Of a DNA stretch of 64,000 nt, positions 35,682 through 48,601 are shown piece by piece; position 1 is the stretch's first letter; each line of letters opens with the position of its first letter. Made by a program: the position numbers and the translations under genes. The stretch is from Octopus sinensis (Eukaryota). A model generated the notes under the pieces. It was not told the origin of the DNA, did no database searches, and saw nothing but the letters and a program-made list of their open reading frames with translations. The stretch spans positions 1,364,001 through 1,428,000 of the forward strand of contig NC_043024.1 in assembly GCF_006345805.1 (NCBI RefSeq), in the 5' to 3' direction.

Positions 35682-35956
35682 CATCGTCATCGTTTAACGT
35701 CCGTTTTCCATGCTAGCATGGGTTGAACGGTTCGACTGGGGGTCTGGGAAGCCAGGAGGCTGCACCGGACTCCAATCTGATGTGGCAGTGTTTCTACAGC
35801 TGGATGCCCTTCCTAATGCCAACCACTCCACGAGTGTAGTGGGTGCTTTTTATGTGCCACCGGCACAGGTGCCAGGGGAGTCTGGCAGCGGCCACGTTCG
35901 GATGGTGCTTTTTATGTGCCACCGGCACAGAAGCCAGTCGAGGCGGTGCTGGTATC
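35682..35956 (-). mobile_element. RTE 3' UTR fragment
   Basis: Same family in reverse orientation. Confidence 0.85.
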
Positions 35957-36367
35957 ATATATATATATATACATATATATATATTAAAAATGGAGAAGGC
36001 CAGTTTACGGGATTACGTTTATCTCTAATCCACCTGTAAACCCCTCGCTCGACCATATAACAATACAAAACGTTAACTGTACCATTTAGTCTGCTGAAAT
36101 GAACTGATAAGCTCACACATAACATCCAAAGGTGAATCTTTTTTCCTCTGCTGAAATGAAATGAATGTCACATAAATGTAAATTTAATGTACAGATTTGT
36201 AATTAAATTATTGAGTATTAATTGAAATGGCTGTAAGAAGCAAAGACGACAAATTGGTCGTTAATAATAAATAATTATTAACTTCCTAAGCTCCAGTTTC
36301 TTTTCTGCTTTTAAATGGATATAAACTGTATCCCTTATATATATATATATACATATATATATATCAA

Positions 36368-36642
36368 AGTCGCCTTACTGGCACCTGTGCTGGTGGCATG
36401 TGTAAAAGAATTCAAGCAAGGTCGTTGCCAGTACCACCTGACTGGCCCCTGTGCCGGTGGCACGTAAAACGCACCCACTACACTCACGGAGTGGTTGGCG
36501 TTAGGAAGGGCATCCAGCTGTAGAAACTCTGCCAGATCAAGACTGGAGCCTGATGCAACCATCTGGTTCGCCAGCCCTTAGTCAAAATCGTCCAACCCAT
36601 GCTAGCATGGAAAGCGGACATTAAACGATGATGATGATGACG
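36368..36642 (+). mobile_element. RTE 3' UTR fragment
   Basis: Same family, ends GGAAAGCGGACATTAAACGATGATGATGATG. Confidence 0.85.
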
Positions 36643-36916
36643 ATATACATATATATAAATTCCCCCAAACTACTAGGTATTGAACCAGTATTTCCTTCGA
36701 TGACACCATCCCTTCATGAGGTTAACATATCCTCGAATTAAATTTTATATATATATATAATCATCATCGTTAAACATCCACATTCCATGCTAGCATGGGT
36801 GGGACAGTTTCACAGGAGCCAGCCAGGCAGAAGTCTGTGCCAGATTTCTGTGACTGTTTTGGCAGGATTTTTACAGCTGGATGCCCTTCCTAACACCAAC
36901 CACTCAGCAGAGTGGG

Positions 36917-36975
<59 letters not shown>

Positions 36976-37877
36976 CCAAATTTTATGGTATTAATTATCC
37001 ATCATGACTGGTCTTACCAATTGGTTTCATGCAAAGAATATAAAAGAATGTCAAGCAACAATCCAATTACATAACTCCATGCTCATCAGAGATAGCAGAT
37101 ATGGAAGGGAATATGGCGACTGCAACTGCTCTCTATTGTCAGAGGTGGATTAGCACAATCGGTCAGCGGTTGCTGTGAAAAAAGTGGTGAAACAACAAAG
37201 GGCCCAGGGGATAGGGATAGGAATTTTGTTCCTTGGTTGGGTATGCTGTGAAGCTGGCAAAAGTTATTTTGAAGTGGAGAAAGTGTGTATTATTAATGTA
37301 GTGTTACCATATTCCCTTCCATATCAGTTATCTCTGATGAGCATGGAGTTATATAATTGGATTGTTACCAAACACACCTTTGTATTCTTTGCGCGAAACT
37401 GATTGTTAAGACCAGCCGTGATGGATACTTAATACTATAAAATTCTACTGACAGTTATACGAGTGCATCTTGTCCGTGACTTTTGGTCTCCTAGACAACT
37501 CACGTGCGTATATATATATATATATTATGTATAAATCCCAAAATGGAACAAGAACACAATAGATTACAGTAAACTATCCGCACAGATAGACGATGCAAAG
37601 TTGGACAGGAGAAACAATAAAAAGGTGGACAAAGACGGACAGGAAAAAAACAAGGATGAGTCATTCACAGCCTCCTCTCATCAGTCAAGTTACCAAATTA
37701 TCCTTACACTTTCGGGCAGTCACACTTTTGCTCACCTTGTAAGTAAGTGTGTGTGTGTGTGTGTGTGTTTGTGTGTGTTTGTATGTATGTATGTATGTAT
37801 GTATATTTGTGTGTGTGTATGTATGGAAGGATGGCTGGCTGGCTGGATGGTTGTATGAATGTATATATATATATATC

Positions 37878-38176
37878 ACCGTGATCACCATGACCGACCA
37901 GGCTATCAGATGTTGCTACACATCGCTAGTCACAATGCGCTTTGCATTGTTTTAGCCTTCAAATGACGCCACCCTGCTGGCTAAGCGAGCAGGCCAACAG
38001 AAGAAAGAGTGAAAGTTGTGGCGAAAGAGTACAGCAGGGATCGCCACCACCCCTGCCGGAGCCTCGTGGAGCTTTAGGTGTTTTCGCTCAATAAACACTC
38101 ACAACACCCGGTCTGGGAATTGAAACCGCAATCCTACGACCGCAAGTCCGCTGCGCTAACCACTGGACCATTGCAC

Positions 38177-38179
<3 letters not shown>
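37878..38179 (-). mobile_element. tRNA-derived SINE, family C (second copy)
   Basis: Reverse-complement match to 54794-55098. Confidence 0.88.
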
Positions 38180-38259
<80 letters not shown>

Positions 38260-38284
38260 TTAAATATATATATATATATGTGTG

Positions 38285-38323
<39 letters not shown>

Positions 38324-38343
38324 TATATATACACACACATATT

Positions 38344-38402
<59 letters not shown>

Positions 38403-38729
38403 ATAGGGCAGGCTTCTTCCAGTTTCCATCTACCAAATCTATTCACAAGACTTAGTTTGTCCTGGCCATTGTTAGAAGATGACACTTGCCCAAGGTGTCA
38501 TGCAGTCCAACCGAAGCTGAAGCGATCAGAATGGGAAGTTAATTTAAGCTCACAACTATGACGCAATCATGTCTGCGCCTTTGTTTATTTAAATTTAGGC
38601 CAAGTCACTTAAAGTGCTTCACTTACAACCACAATATCATGTTATTTATTAGGAAGTAACCTCACAAAGCGTAATTTTTGTATGAATGGCCTGGGACAAT
38701 ACAGGCCAAAACTTATCTAAGTATCAAAG

Positions 38730-38778
<49 letters not shown>

Positions 38779-39357
38779 TATATATACACACACATATTTA
38801 AATATATATATATATAAATATATGTACGTACCAACCTCTACATGTATATATACACGCATATATGGGTACAGGACACCAAAAAAACGTTGAACACAATGAG
38901 AAACGAAAACATAAACACAAAACCAAGGAACTGGATGTTTTTCTTAAACAACAACAAAAAATAGAGTACAGGACAAATAACACAAGGAAAAAACCCCTTC
39001 TTCAGTCGCCATGGTTTCATCTACTCTACGTTTCGAAGGTGAAGGCGACACGCATCTTTGATAGAAACTTTCCTTCCTGTGAAAAGCAAATCAAATAAAA
39101 TTTGAGATCTTTTTGCAGAGGGGTAAAAATGGTAACAAAAACAGGACAGTAACGACAGTACAAAGTATAAAGAGTAAAAGACAGGACAAGGAGAATAACA
39201 AGACAAGAAGGGCTGTTAAGCCGAACAAGAAGAAGTATTACGAACGCTATAATTGAGGACGGCGAAGGACCGTAAATCCTTGAGTATAGTCTACCCTTGA
39301 GTATAATACGCAGGGGATTTTTAGGGGGCTGTACCTCTGAAAAACCTAAATCTTGTG

Positions 39358-39505
39358 TATACCAATCACAAGCAGTTCTTTCAGCTATGGCACCCTCTCC
39401 ATACACAGCACAAATGTCACGAGCAGCTTTTGCGGCCTTAGAACCTTGATTAAAAGCAAAAAGAAGGTGTCGAAAATGCTCGTTTTTCCTAATTTGACAT
39501 TCCAT
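39358..39505 (-). mobile_element. Mariner transposase N-terminal (HTH) fragment
   Basis: MECQIRKNEHFRHLLFAFNQGSKAAKAARDICAVYGEGAIAERT. Confidence 0.82.
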
Positions 39506-40527
39506 TTTAATGATCTGAAAGTAAACAAAAATTAGCTAAAATTAATTTGAAAAAAACAAAATAGATTCCAAAATGATTCAAAAATAGAATTCTTGAAAAA
39601 TATAGATTCCAAAATTTTAAAATGCCATAAATTCTGAAATTAAAAAAAACCAGCAGGAACTTAGTTGCCAACCCAATATATTATGGACTGTATATTCCAT
39701 ACAATGTATGTTTCTGAATTAGGCCAGGGGCTGATAATATACTCAGCTGAGTTCAATTAATTGTATACATACCTGTACTTTGGTAGTATATTTGTTGTTT
39801 TCCCTCCATTTTCTTATCATCTATATATACATTAAACCACGGTTTACCTTTTTAAATTACCTGCTTCCGTATACCTTATATCAAGGACCATACTTACAGA
39901 GGTAATTACCAGAAGTGCCTCTGGATACTTCGATCCCTTAGAGGGCATAAATACATCTAAATCAAATATCAATTACCAGATAATACTCAATCACATACTT
40001 TATTAAACCACCACATAAGAGACTGTAGGGTTAAATATAAAAAGCAGAACAAATCAGTGTACATAAAGGAATGTACATAAAAAGGTGTACATAAAAGAGT
40101 AATGTTGTATAATAATTAGAATATATATAAAAAAGAATATAAATACAAGTAAATATAAATATAAGTATAAATTAGATCTTACAGCTGTTTCAGCCATGTC
40201 GATAATTATGTCTCATTTTACCAATATTAGCCCTTTATGGTTGGTCAAAATATAGATATAAATGAGACATATATATATATACAAATTGAGATAGGGGTTG
40301 ATATTTGATTTGGATGTATTTCTCCATTTTCTTATTTTGTATTATATATATATATATATATATATATCACCTTGACCGACCAGTCCGTCAGGTGTCCATT
40401 TGACACTGCTGGTCACAGCACGCTGTCCACTCCTCTCTGGATCGCGCCTTTCTCGTCCACGTGATTCCAATCGTCCTCTTGAAATCGTCACTCCACCGTC
40501 GTGGAGGTCTTCCGGGTGGTCTTTTCC

Positions 40528-40792
40528 GGAGACATAAACACACCAGCATTGGTTGTCAAGTGATGTTGGGGGACAAACACAGACACACAAACATACACAC
40601 ACATACATATATATATATATACATATATATGACAGACTTCTTTCAGTTTCCGTCTACCAAATCCACTCACAAGGCTTTGGTCAGCCCAAGGCTACAGTAG
40701 AAGACACTTGCCCAAGGTGCCACGCAGTGGGATTGAACCCGGAACCATGTGGTTTGTAAGCAAGCTACTTATCACACAGCCACTCCTACACC
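40528..40792 (-). mobile_element. SINE family A, partial
   Basis: Head and central part only. Confidence 0.82.
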
Positions 40793-40819
40793 TATAATAT
40801 ATATACACACACACACACA

Positions 40820-41195
40820 TATCATCATCATCATCATCGTTTAACATCCGTTTTCCGCGCTAGCACGGGTTGGACGGTTCGACTGGGGAAGCCAGGGGCT
40901 GCTCCAGGCTCCAGTCTGATCTGGCAGAGTTTCTACGGCTGGATGCCCTTCCTAACGCCAACCACTCCGCGAGTGTAGTGGGTGCTTTTTACGTGCCGCC
41001 TGCACAGGTGCCAGGGGGGGTCCGGCATCGGCCACGATCGGTTGGAGCTTTTAAAGTGCCAGCGGCATGGAAGCCAGCCGAGGCGGCGCTGGCAACGTTT
41101 GGATGGTGCTTTTTATGTGCCACCGGCACAGAAGCGAGTCGGAGTGGCACTGGCATCGGTCACGTTCGGATGGTGCTTTTTATGTGCCACCGGCA
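40820..41195 (-). mobile_element. RTE 3' UTR copy with VNTR units
   Basis: Same family in reverse orientation. Confidence 0.85.
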
Positions 41196-41231
41196 CATAT
41201 ATATATATATGTATATATATATGTATGTATG

Positions 41232-41260
<29 letters not shown>

Positions 41261-41268
<8 letters not shown>

Positions 41269-42310
41269 AACAATTGAGGGTAAAATTAATTAATTAATCA
41301 ATTTCACCAAGTATTCAGTATGCAAAGGGACCATTCAAGGCGAATTCAAATTATTACATTATATAAAGGGCTTAGTAAAATAAATTACTTTGCCGCATAC
41401 TGAACTCATTAGAAATAGCAGCTAAAAAAAACTTTTCTAGAACTATTTCCAATACTTAAAGAAAACCTCTCTCATAAAGTGCTTGCTCAATTCAACTCAC
41501 GAAAGTATATGGGTAGAGACATTAAAGAATCAAATGCAAAGGTTATTTGAGAACGTACGTTTCAAGATTAGTCAACTCGACATTTCTATCATCAGCTCAG
41601 AACTCCCTGGTTTGGATTTGAAAACACTGAAAGTGGGAGCATACCCTTTCGGCTTGTTAAAATTGTTAAAATTATAATTCATCTCTCTCTGCTATTTCTA
41701 ATGAGTTCAGTATGCGGCAAAGTAATTTATTTTACTAAGCCCTTTATATAATGTAATAATTTGAATTCGCCTTGAATGGTCCCTTTGCATACTGAATACT
41801 TGGTGAAATTGATTAATTAATTAATTTTACCCTCAATTGTTAAAATTATAATTCATCTCTCTCTATATAATGCCCCGGATTTTACCGAAAAAAGCAGTGT
41901 TTGCTGATTTTAACCCACGCTGGTGGAAAGGGGAGAGCAGAAATTCTTCGCTTGCATATTTGAATTTGTTGGCACTGTTAGTTTCGAGCAGATCTTCAGA
42001 AGCGATAACAAGCCGAAAGGGTATGCTCCCACTTTCAGTGTTTTCAAATCCAAACCAGGGAGTTCTGAGCTGATGATAGAAATGTCGAGTTGACTAATCT
42101 TGAAACGTACGTTCTCAAATAACCTTTGCATTTGATTTTTTAATGTCTCTACCCACATACTTTCGTGAGTTGAATTGAGCAAGCACTTTATGAGAGAGGT
42201 TTTCTTTAAGTATTGGAAATAGTTCTAGAAAAGTTTTTTTTAGCTGCTATTTCTAATGAGTTCAGTATGCGGCAAAGTAATTTATTTTACTAAGCCCTTT
42301 ATATAATGTA

Positions 42311-42311
<1 letters not shown>
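41261..42311. repeat. Complex inverted duplication (A-B-A'-C-B'-A')
   Basis: 41261-41422 is inverted at 41689-41850; 41353-41658 is inverted at 42007-42311. Confidence 0.93.
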
Positions 42312-42356
<45 letters not shown>

Positions 42357-42378
42357 GTATGTATATATATAATGTATG

Positions 42379-42437
<59 letters not shown>

Positions 42438-42573
42438 GTTGTATACTGTCAATCTAACAAGAACGTAACAGTAGGGGGGTACACCACTGCTGTATAGCTT
42501 TGACACATTTTTCCCTGTGTCCTTATATACATATACGAAGGGGAGACAAACATCCCCGGCTGCCGAAGCTGCA

Positions 42574-42618
42574 TCTAGGGACACGTGTTTCAGGATCGTT
42601 GTCCTTCATCGGCCTAGA
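42574..42618 (-). ncRNA. Minimal type I hammerhead ribozyme (Penelope-like element type)
   Basis: Minus strand reads UCUAGG-CCGAUGA-AGGA-CAACGA-UCCU-GAAAC-ACGU-GUC-CCUAGA. Stem I is 6 bp, stem II 4 bp, stem III short and palindromic, with a GUC cleavage triplet; the core carries a U4C change. Confidence 0.72.
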
Positions 42619-42991
42619 GTAGCAGACACCGGTCAGCTGGTGATATTTGTCTCGACTTCGTAATTGTATATATCTATAACTCAGTGAAGTCTATTCACTG
42701 ATTATCAAAATGTATGTATGTATACACACACAGGTCAAGAATGAGGATAGGAACAGATATATATTATTATATTTGGGGATGGTAATTTTTGGCCAATTGA
42801 CCAGACACACTTTCCACTTGTTCTTCACTTCAGCCCAATTATTGTTCTTGTCTTAAATGTCGTCTGTCTGAAATCCTCCATCACACATCCTGAGTCCTCT
42901 TCAGCAGCTCTCCATCCCACTCGTCTCCTCCTGTTTTGTCCATTCGTAAAACATGAACAGAATAATTATTTTAGTTATGTTTTACAAATGG

Positions 42992-43356
42992 ACTGCGTGG
43001 CATCTTGGGCAAGTGTCTTCTGCTATAGCCCCGGGCCGACTAATGCCTTGTGAGTGGATTTGGTAGACGGAAACTGAAAGAAGCCTGTCGTATATATGTA
43101 TATATATATTATATATATATATATATGTGTGTGTGTGTATGTGTTTGTGTGTCTGTGTTTGTCCCCCTAGCATTGCTTGACAACTGATGCTGGTGTGTTT
43201 ATGTCCCCGTTACTTAGCAGTTTGGCAAAAGAGACCGATAGAATAAGTACTGGGCTTACAAAGAATAAGTCCCGGGGTCGAGTTGCTCGACTAAAGACGG
43301 TGCTCCAGCATGGCCGCAGTCAAATGACTGAAACAAGTAAAAGAGTAAAAGAGTAA
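42992..43356 (+). mobile_element. SINE family A, 5'-truncated
   Basis: Body and (GAGTAAAA)n tail present. Confidence 0.88.
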
Positions 43357-43603
43357 ACAGAATGGCAGGAGACACGTGGGGTGAAGAAGAGCTGAAGAGG
43401 TCACAGGAGGTGTCACCAAAGATTTCAGACAAAGGACACTAAAATAACAACAACAACAACAATAATAATAAAGCTGAAGAGAAGACCACATATAATTAGT
43501 GTGTGTGTTTTTAATTGGCAAAAATGTGACCACCACCAAATATAACAATATCTGCTTCAACACATGATTTCCCATCACATACCTTGCAAAACAAATACAT
43601 AAA

Positions 43604-43605
<2 letters not shown>

Positions 43606-43653
<48 letters not shown>

Positions 43654-43940
43654 CCTTCATCATCTTCATCATCATCATCATCATCATAATAATTCAACAC
43701 CCATTGTCCATGCTGGCATGAGTTGGACAGTTTGACCAGAGCTGGCAAGAATGGAAGGCTGCACCAGACTCCAGTCTGATTTGGCAAGGGTTCTACGGCT
43801 GGATGCCCTTCCTAATGCCAACCCCTCTGAGAGTGTAATGGGTGTCTTTACGTGTCGCCAGCACAGGTACCATTTGCGTGACACCAGTATCTACCATGAC
43901 TACAATTTTGCTTAGCTTGATGGGTCTTCCTTCTTAAGCA
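43606..43940 (-). mobile_element. RTE 3' UTR copy with long (ATC)n tail
   Basis: About 80-bp (ATC)n tract followed by the reverse-complement 3' UTR. Confidence 0.82.
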
Positions 43941-44496
43941 CAGCATGTATGTATGTATGTATGTATGTATGTATGTATGTATGTATGTATGTATGTATGT
44001 ATGCTTGTATGTATGTATATATGTATGTATGTATGTATGTATATATGTATGGATGTATGTATGTATGTATGTATGTATGTATGTATGCATGTGTGTACGT
44101 ACGTACACACGCATGCATGTGTAGTCAATTTAATGTTTGATTTGTTATGAGATTTTTAGAATAATAATTATAAGATATTTAATTAATTTCTATGTGGTTA
44201 TTATAGATAATATCTTTTCACTATTGATGGAATAACTAAATAACTATATATATGTATATATATAATTATTTTAAAGGATAAAGTCAAAGCAAGGCTGTAT
44301 GAACAACAAGCAAGTGTTTTAGTGTGATTCTCAGGAATAATAAGAAAGTCTTTTATGTTTCGAGTCTATGCTCTTCAACAGAAAGGAATAAGAGAAAATA
44401 AATAGTGAGAATTAAAAAAACTTGTAGAGTTCAGCAGTCCAACATGGCGAGTGTGTGTGTGTGTATACACACAAATATATATATATATATATATAA

Positions 44497-44952
44497 ATCA
44501 AAATCAAAATCAAATCAAATCAAATTAAAATAGATGAACATCAATGGAATTTGTATCTTTGTGGTACCAGTGCCGGTGGTACATAAGAAAACCATCCGAA
44601 CGTGGCCGTAGCCAGTACCGCATCGACTGGCCTCCGTGCTGTGGGCACGTAACAAACACCATCCGAGCGTGGCCGTTCGCCAGCCTCATCTGGCACCTGT
44701 GTCGGTGGCACATAAAACACCATCCGAGCGTGGCCGTCTGCCAGCCTCGTCTGGCACTGTGTCGGTGGCACATAAAATCACCCACTACACTCTCGGAGTG
44801 GTTGGCGTTAGGAAGGGCATCCAGCTGTAGAAACTCTGCCAGATCTGACTGGCCTGGTGCAGCCTTCGGGCTCCTCAGACCCCAGTTGAACCGTCCAACC
44901 CATGCTAGCATGGAAAGCGGACGTTAAACAATGATGATGATGATGATGATGA
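44497..44952 (+). mobile_element. RTE 3' UTR copy with VNTR units
   Basis: Same family; several approximately 50-bp internal units. Confidence 0.88.
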
Positions 44953-45604
44953 TATATATATATATATGTATATATACGGTTTAAGCAATTGAGATTCAAG
45001 TGAGTTCTAATGAATTCACATGAATATGGTCCTTAACTAGGATGCACCGGAAATCTATATGGTGTTAACCATTCGACAAAGTGGGGTGATTACAAATAGG
45101 AAAAGAGCAACAAGAATGGATCAATATATCGGTACAATTGTACCGATATATTGATCCATTCTTGTTGCTTTTTTCCTATATATATATATATATATATAAA
45201 TATATAAATATATATATAAATATATATATATATGCATGTATGTGTGCATGTGTGTGTGTTTGTATGGATGGATGGATGTAATGGGTAAGAATACATCAAA
45301 AATGTGTATAAAGACTAGACCAGAATTGGAAAATCTTAAATTGAACAAAAGCAGACGGATTCCAGGAAAACAAGAATTGTTTACAGACAATGTCCCAGTC
45401 AAGACAATTAAAATATCTGTCTTTGAGGAATTCCTGTGAACTTACATTTTCTTGATTTTCCTGTTTTTCTGCCTAATTGTTTTATATTTTTATGCATGAA
45501 ATATCTAGCGGAGTGGGATTCAGCCTCGTCACCCACATTAGTTAATCAGGTTGCCCACGAGGAAGTCATTACCAATGACTTTGTGTAGCAGCATCAGAGT
45601 CAAC

Positions 45605-46035
45605 TGCTACAAAGACGAAGATGACGCCTCAGACAGAAGTAATTACAGAGATGCCAAACTGCCATCAAACAGATGATGAAACTTACAGAAATGGTCGTAG
45701 CTCGGCTAATTGGGAAGAGAGTTAGACAAGATACAGTTTAGTTTTTTGCCGGGAAAAAGCACTTTTGATGTAATCTTCATAGTGCTGCAACTACAGGAGA
45801 AGCATTTAGCCAAAACTGAACCTCTATTCTTGGTGGTTTGTGAACATGGAGAAAGCCTTTCCCAGAGACCCCTGCTCCCTTATCTGGTGGTCAATGTGGA
45901 AGCTAGGGTTAGATGAGTGGGAGTGAGAGCCGTACAAGCCATGTACAGAGATGGTGTCAGTAAGGTGAAAGTCAACAACGAGTATAGCAAGGATTTAATG
46001 ACCAGGTAGGGGTTCATTGTAGGGTCCTCGCTTGG
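45605..46035 (+). mobile_element. Degenerate RTE LINE reverse transcriptase fragment
   Basis: QFSFLPGKSTFDVIFIVLQLQEKHL..EKAF..AMYRDGVSKVKVN..GVHxGS, with frameshifts. Confidence 0.85.
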
Positions 46036-46333
46036 CTCTGCCTGAGATTTGAAACTGAATCCACTCACTTGTTATTTGTTAAGCAAGTCTGAAATCCCTT
46101 CATGTTTGCATCTCTACAAATTAATGGAAAACATTTGATCTAGGACCGTTTGCTGGTCATGGAAGGGTCAGTCCTTTGTTGAGGATTTGACCGGCTTCCT
46201 GGCCATAGACTATATAACAGAGAGCATTTCTTTCTCCACTTCCAACTTGATTCTGGGTTCAGTCCCACTGCCATGCAGTGGGACTGAACCCAGAATAAAG
46301 CTACTTACTTCACAGCCACTCCTGCGCCTATAT

Positions 46334-46386
<53 letters not shown>

Positions 46387-46417
46387 ATGTATATGTGTAT
46401 GTATATGTATATGAATA

Positions 46418-46448
<31 letters not shown>

Positions 46449-46658
46449 AATTTATAAATGAGGGTGAAAAATCGATATTAATTTAATAATACCATTAATT
46501 TAACAACGAGTGGCTTAGCACAAAAGACTACGGAGAAAATACAAATTTATATATAAATAGATGAGTGTATTTTACCTTGTTAACAATTAACACGGAAAAA
46601 TAAATAGTTACCAGGGCAGCAAAATACTTGTTTAAACCTGCGTTAACTCCATTTTTTA

Positions 46659-46733
<75 letters not shown>

Positions 46734-46984
46734 ATATTATATATATATATATATATATACACAATTATATTGCCTTTTCTTTCAAAAAATTATAGAACTG
46801 CTCCGAAGTGCTCAAGTTGAGCCTGAGCCTCTCGATAGTAAATAACATAATTTAAAGAAGAAACAAAAATTAGATAATTATTCTGTATTTATGACATGCA
46901 TGAATACAACAAGTACATTGATCTGAGGGTCCAGACTGAACCAGACCCCAAGTAATTTAGCCAATTCATCTGTCCAGCCCCCAA

Positions 46985-47312
46985 AAAGGAGCACTCTGTC
47001 GGTTACGACGACGAGGGTTCCGGTTGATCCGAATCAACGGAACAGCCTGCTCGTGGAATTAACGTGTAAGTGACTGAGCAATCCACAGACATGTGTACCC
47101 TTAACGTAGTTCTCAGGGAGATTCAGCGTGACACAGAGTGTGACAAGGCCAGCCCTTTGAAATACAGGTACAACTCATTTTTGCCAGCTGAGTGGACTGG
47201 AGCAATGTGAAATAAAGTGTCTTGCTCAAAGACACAACACATCGCCGGGAATCGAACTCATGACCTTACAATCGTCAGTCGAATGCCCTAACCACTAAGC
47301 CATGCGCCTTCA
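46985..47312 (-). mobile_element. tRNA-derived SINE, family B, full length with 15-bp TSD
   Basis: Head GTGAAGGCGCATGGCTTAGTGGTTAGGG..GAGTTCGATTCCC; TSD CTGTCCAGCCCCCAA at 46970-46984 and 47313-47327. Partial copies at about 14840-15100 and 18800-18990. Confidence 0.92.
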
Positions 47313-47329
47313 CTGTCCAGCCCCCAACA

Positions 47330-47845
47330 TCACAGTTGAATAACATGCACTTCTCCCGTTGCTGAGCTGCAAACCCACTGATTCTTTCCTGGTCAATTTT
47401 TATCCCTAAAACCACTTTGTCTTGCCTTACAGTTGTGTTGTTTATCTCAATGTGTTCGGTTTTCGATACCTCTAAGCTGATGCCATCATTATATGCCGAC
47501 ACATATCCCCTGCATATAGGTTCATGTGGCACACCCCTCAGCATCTCCAGCCTGTGCAGCAGTGGCTCAACACGGACGAGAGGGGACAACTTTGGTGGAT
47601 CGAGTGCAGGATATCGACTGGTTCTGAGAGGTGACCTTTTGCTCTGACCACTGAACAGATGCTGCTGTACATTGCCATGATCCAGCCCCTGAATAAGGGC
47701 CTAAAATAAGTCACTCTAAGGTCTGCCATCGGATACCAATGGTTGATCCTATCAAACGCTTTCAATTGATCCAAGTTGATTAGGGGCTTACCCATGCCAT
47801 GTACTTTAGTCACCTCTTCTAGGATATTTTTCAGGATAATGCAAA
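47330..47845 (-). mobile_element. Degenerate Tx1/L1-like LINE reverse transcriptase fragment
   Basis: LINLDQLKAFDRINH..WIMAMYS..GHLSEP..QSCPLS..VSAYND, RT domains 3-5. Confidence 0.78.
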
Positions 47846-47861
47846 TTATTATTAATATTAT

Positions 47862-48310
47862 TATTATTATTATTGAGAGAGCAGTGCATGCCATTGAAGT
47901 GACACTGGGGTAAAATATATGAAAGCCCAGTATACCCATCATGACTACCCGTCTGATAAGGGTACACCAGGCACATGCATCATAACCCTATGTGCGCGAC
48001 ATAGTGATTTCATATCAAGATAAACAGTGCATGACCTTGCAGGTGGGGCCCAGTTAGAATTTTCTTCTGGTTAAGTAACCTACCCTGCTCAAAGAGTCCT
48101 TCAATAAGGGTTGTTTAAGGATGTAGAACAAAACAATCATATTTCCAGAGGTGAATTATCCAAACCCCAAACAATCCCTTTCAATACATGGCTATGGTGC
48201 TCCCCTACTTCTTCTGCTTGTGCTCAGAGATGCACATATCGTCAGCCACTAAGGGACATGCTCAACTGGTTAAGGTCAAACAACAGACAAGAAAATCTGT
48301 GGTATTGAAC
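47862..48310 (-). mobile_element. LINE-like 3' end with (AAT)n tail
   Basis: Minus strand ends ..GCACTGCTCTCTC(AAT)n; non-coding repeat-like body. Confidence 0.45.
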
Positions 48311-48544
48311 AGAATATTTGCTTGTTGTAAATATATTTAAAGAATTTTAACTACAAGCTTTGAGTTTCTCTGAGTTAAAGCACCCCCCCCCCACAACACA
48401 AACATAAGCACAAGTTTGAGAGCTTCTGGGCCATACCAGATATTGGCCTAAACATATTGGGTATGGCGTGATTTAAAAGGACGTTTGGCTGTTATCTCCA
48501 GCAATTTAAGTGAACACGCCAAAGACTCCTATCCTATGCGTAAC

Positions 48545-48569
48545 ACCAGGAAGTGGCAGTCGCTTTTTT

Positions 48570-48601
<32 letters not shown>

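Noticed and set aside
38995-39040. CTGAAGA and CGAAAC motifs close together on the minus strand
   Set aside because: They are in permuted order and stem I cannot form.
40175-40200. Half hammerhead GAAACAGCTGTAAG on the minus strand
   Set aside because: The CUGANGA half is absent upstream, so it is incomplete.
44345-44385. Hammerhead-like TTGAAGAG..CTCGAAAC on the minus strand
   Set aside because: The core is altered, the GUH triplet is missing and stem I does not close; at best a decayed copy.
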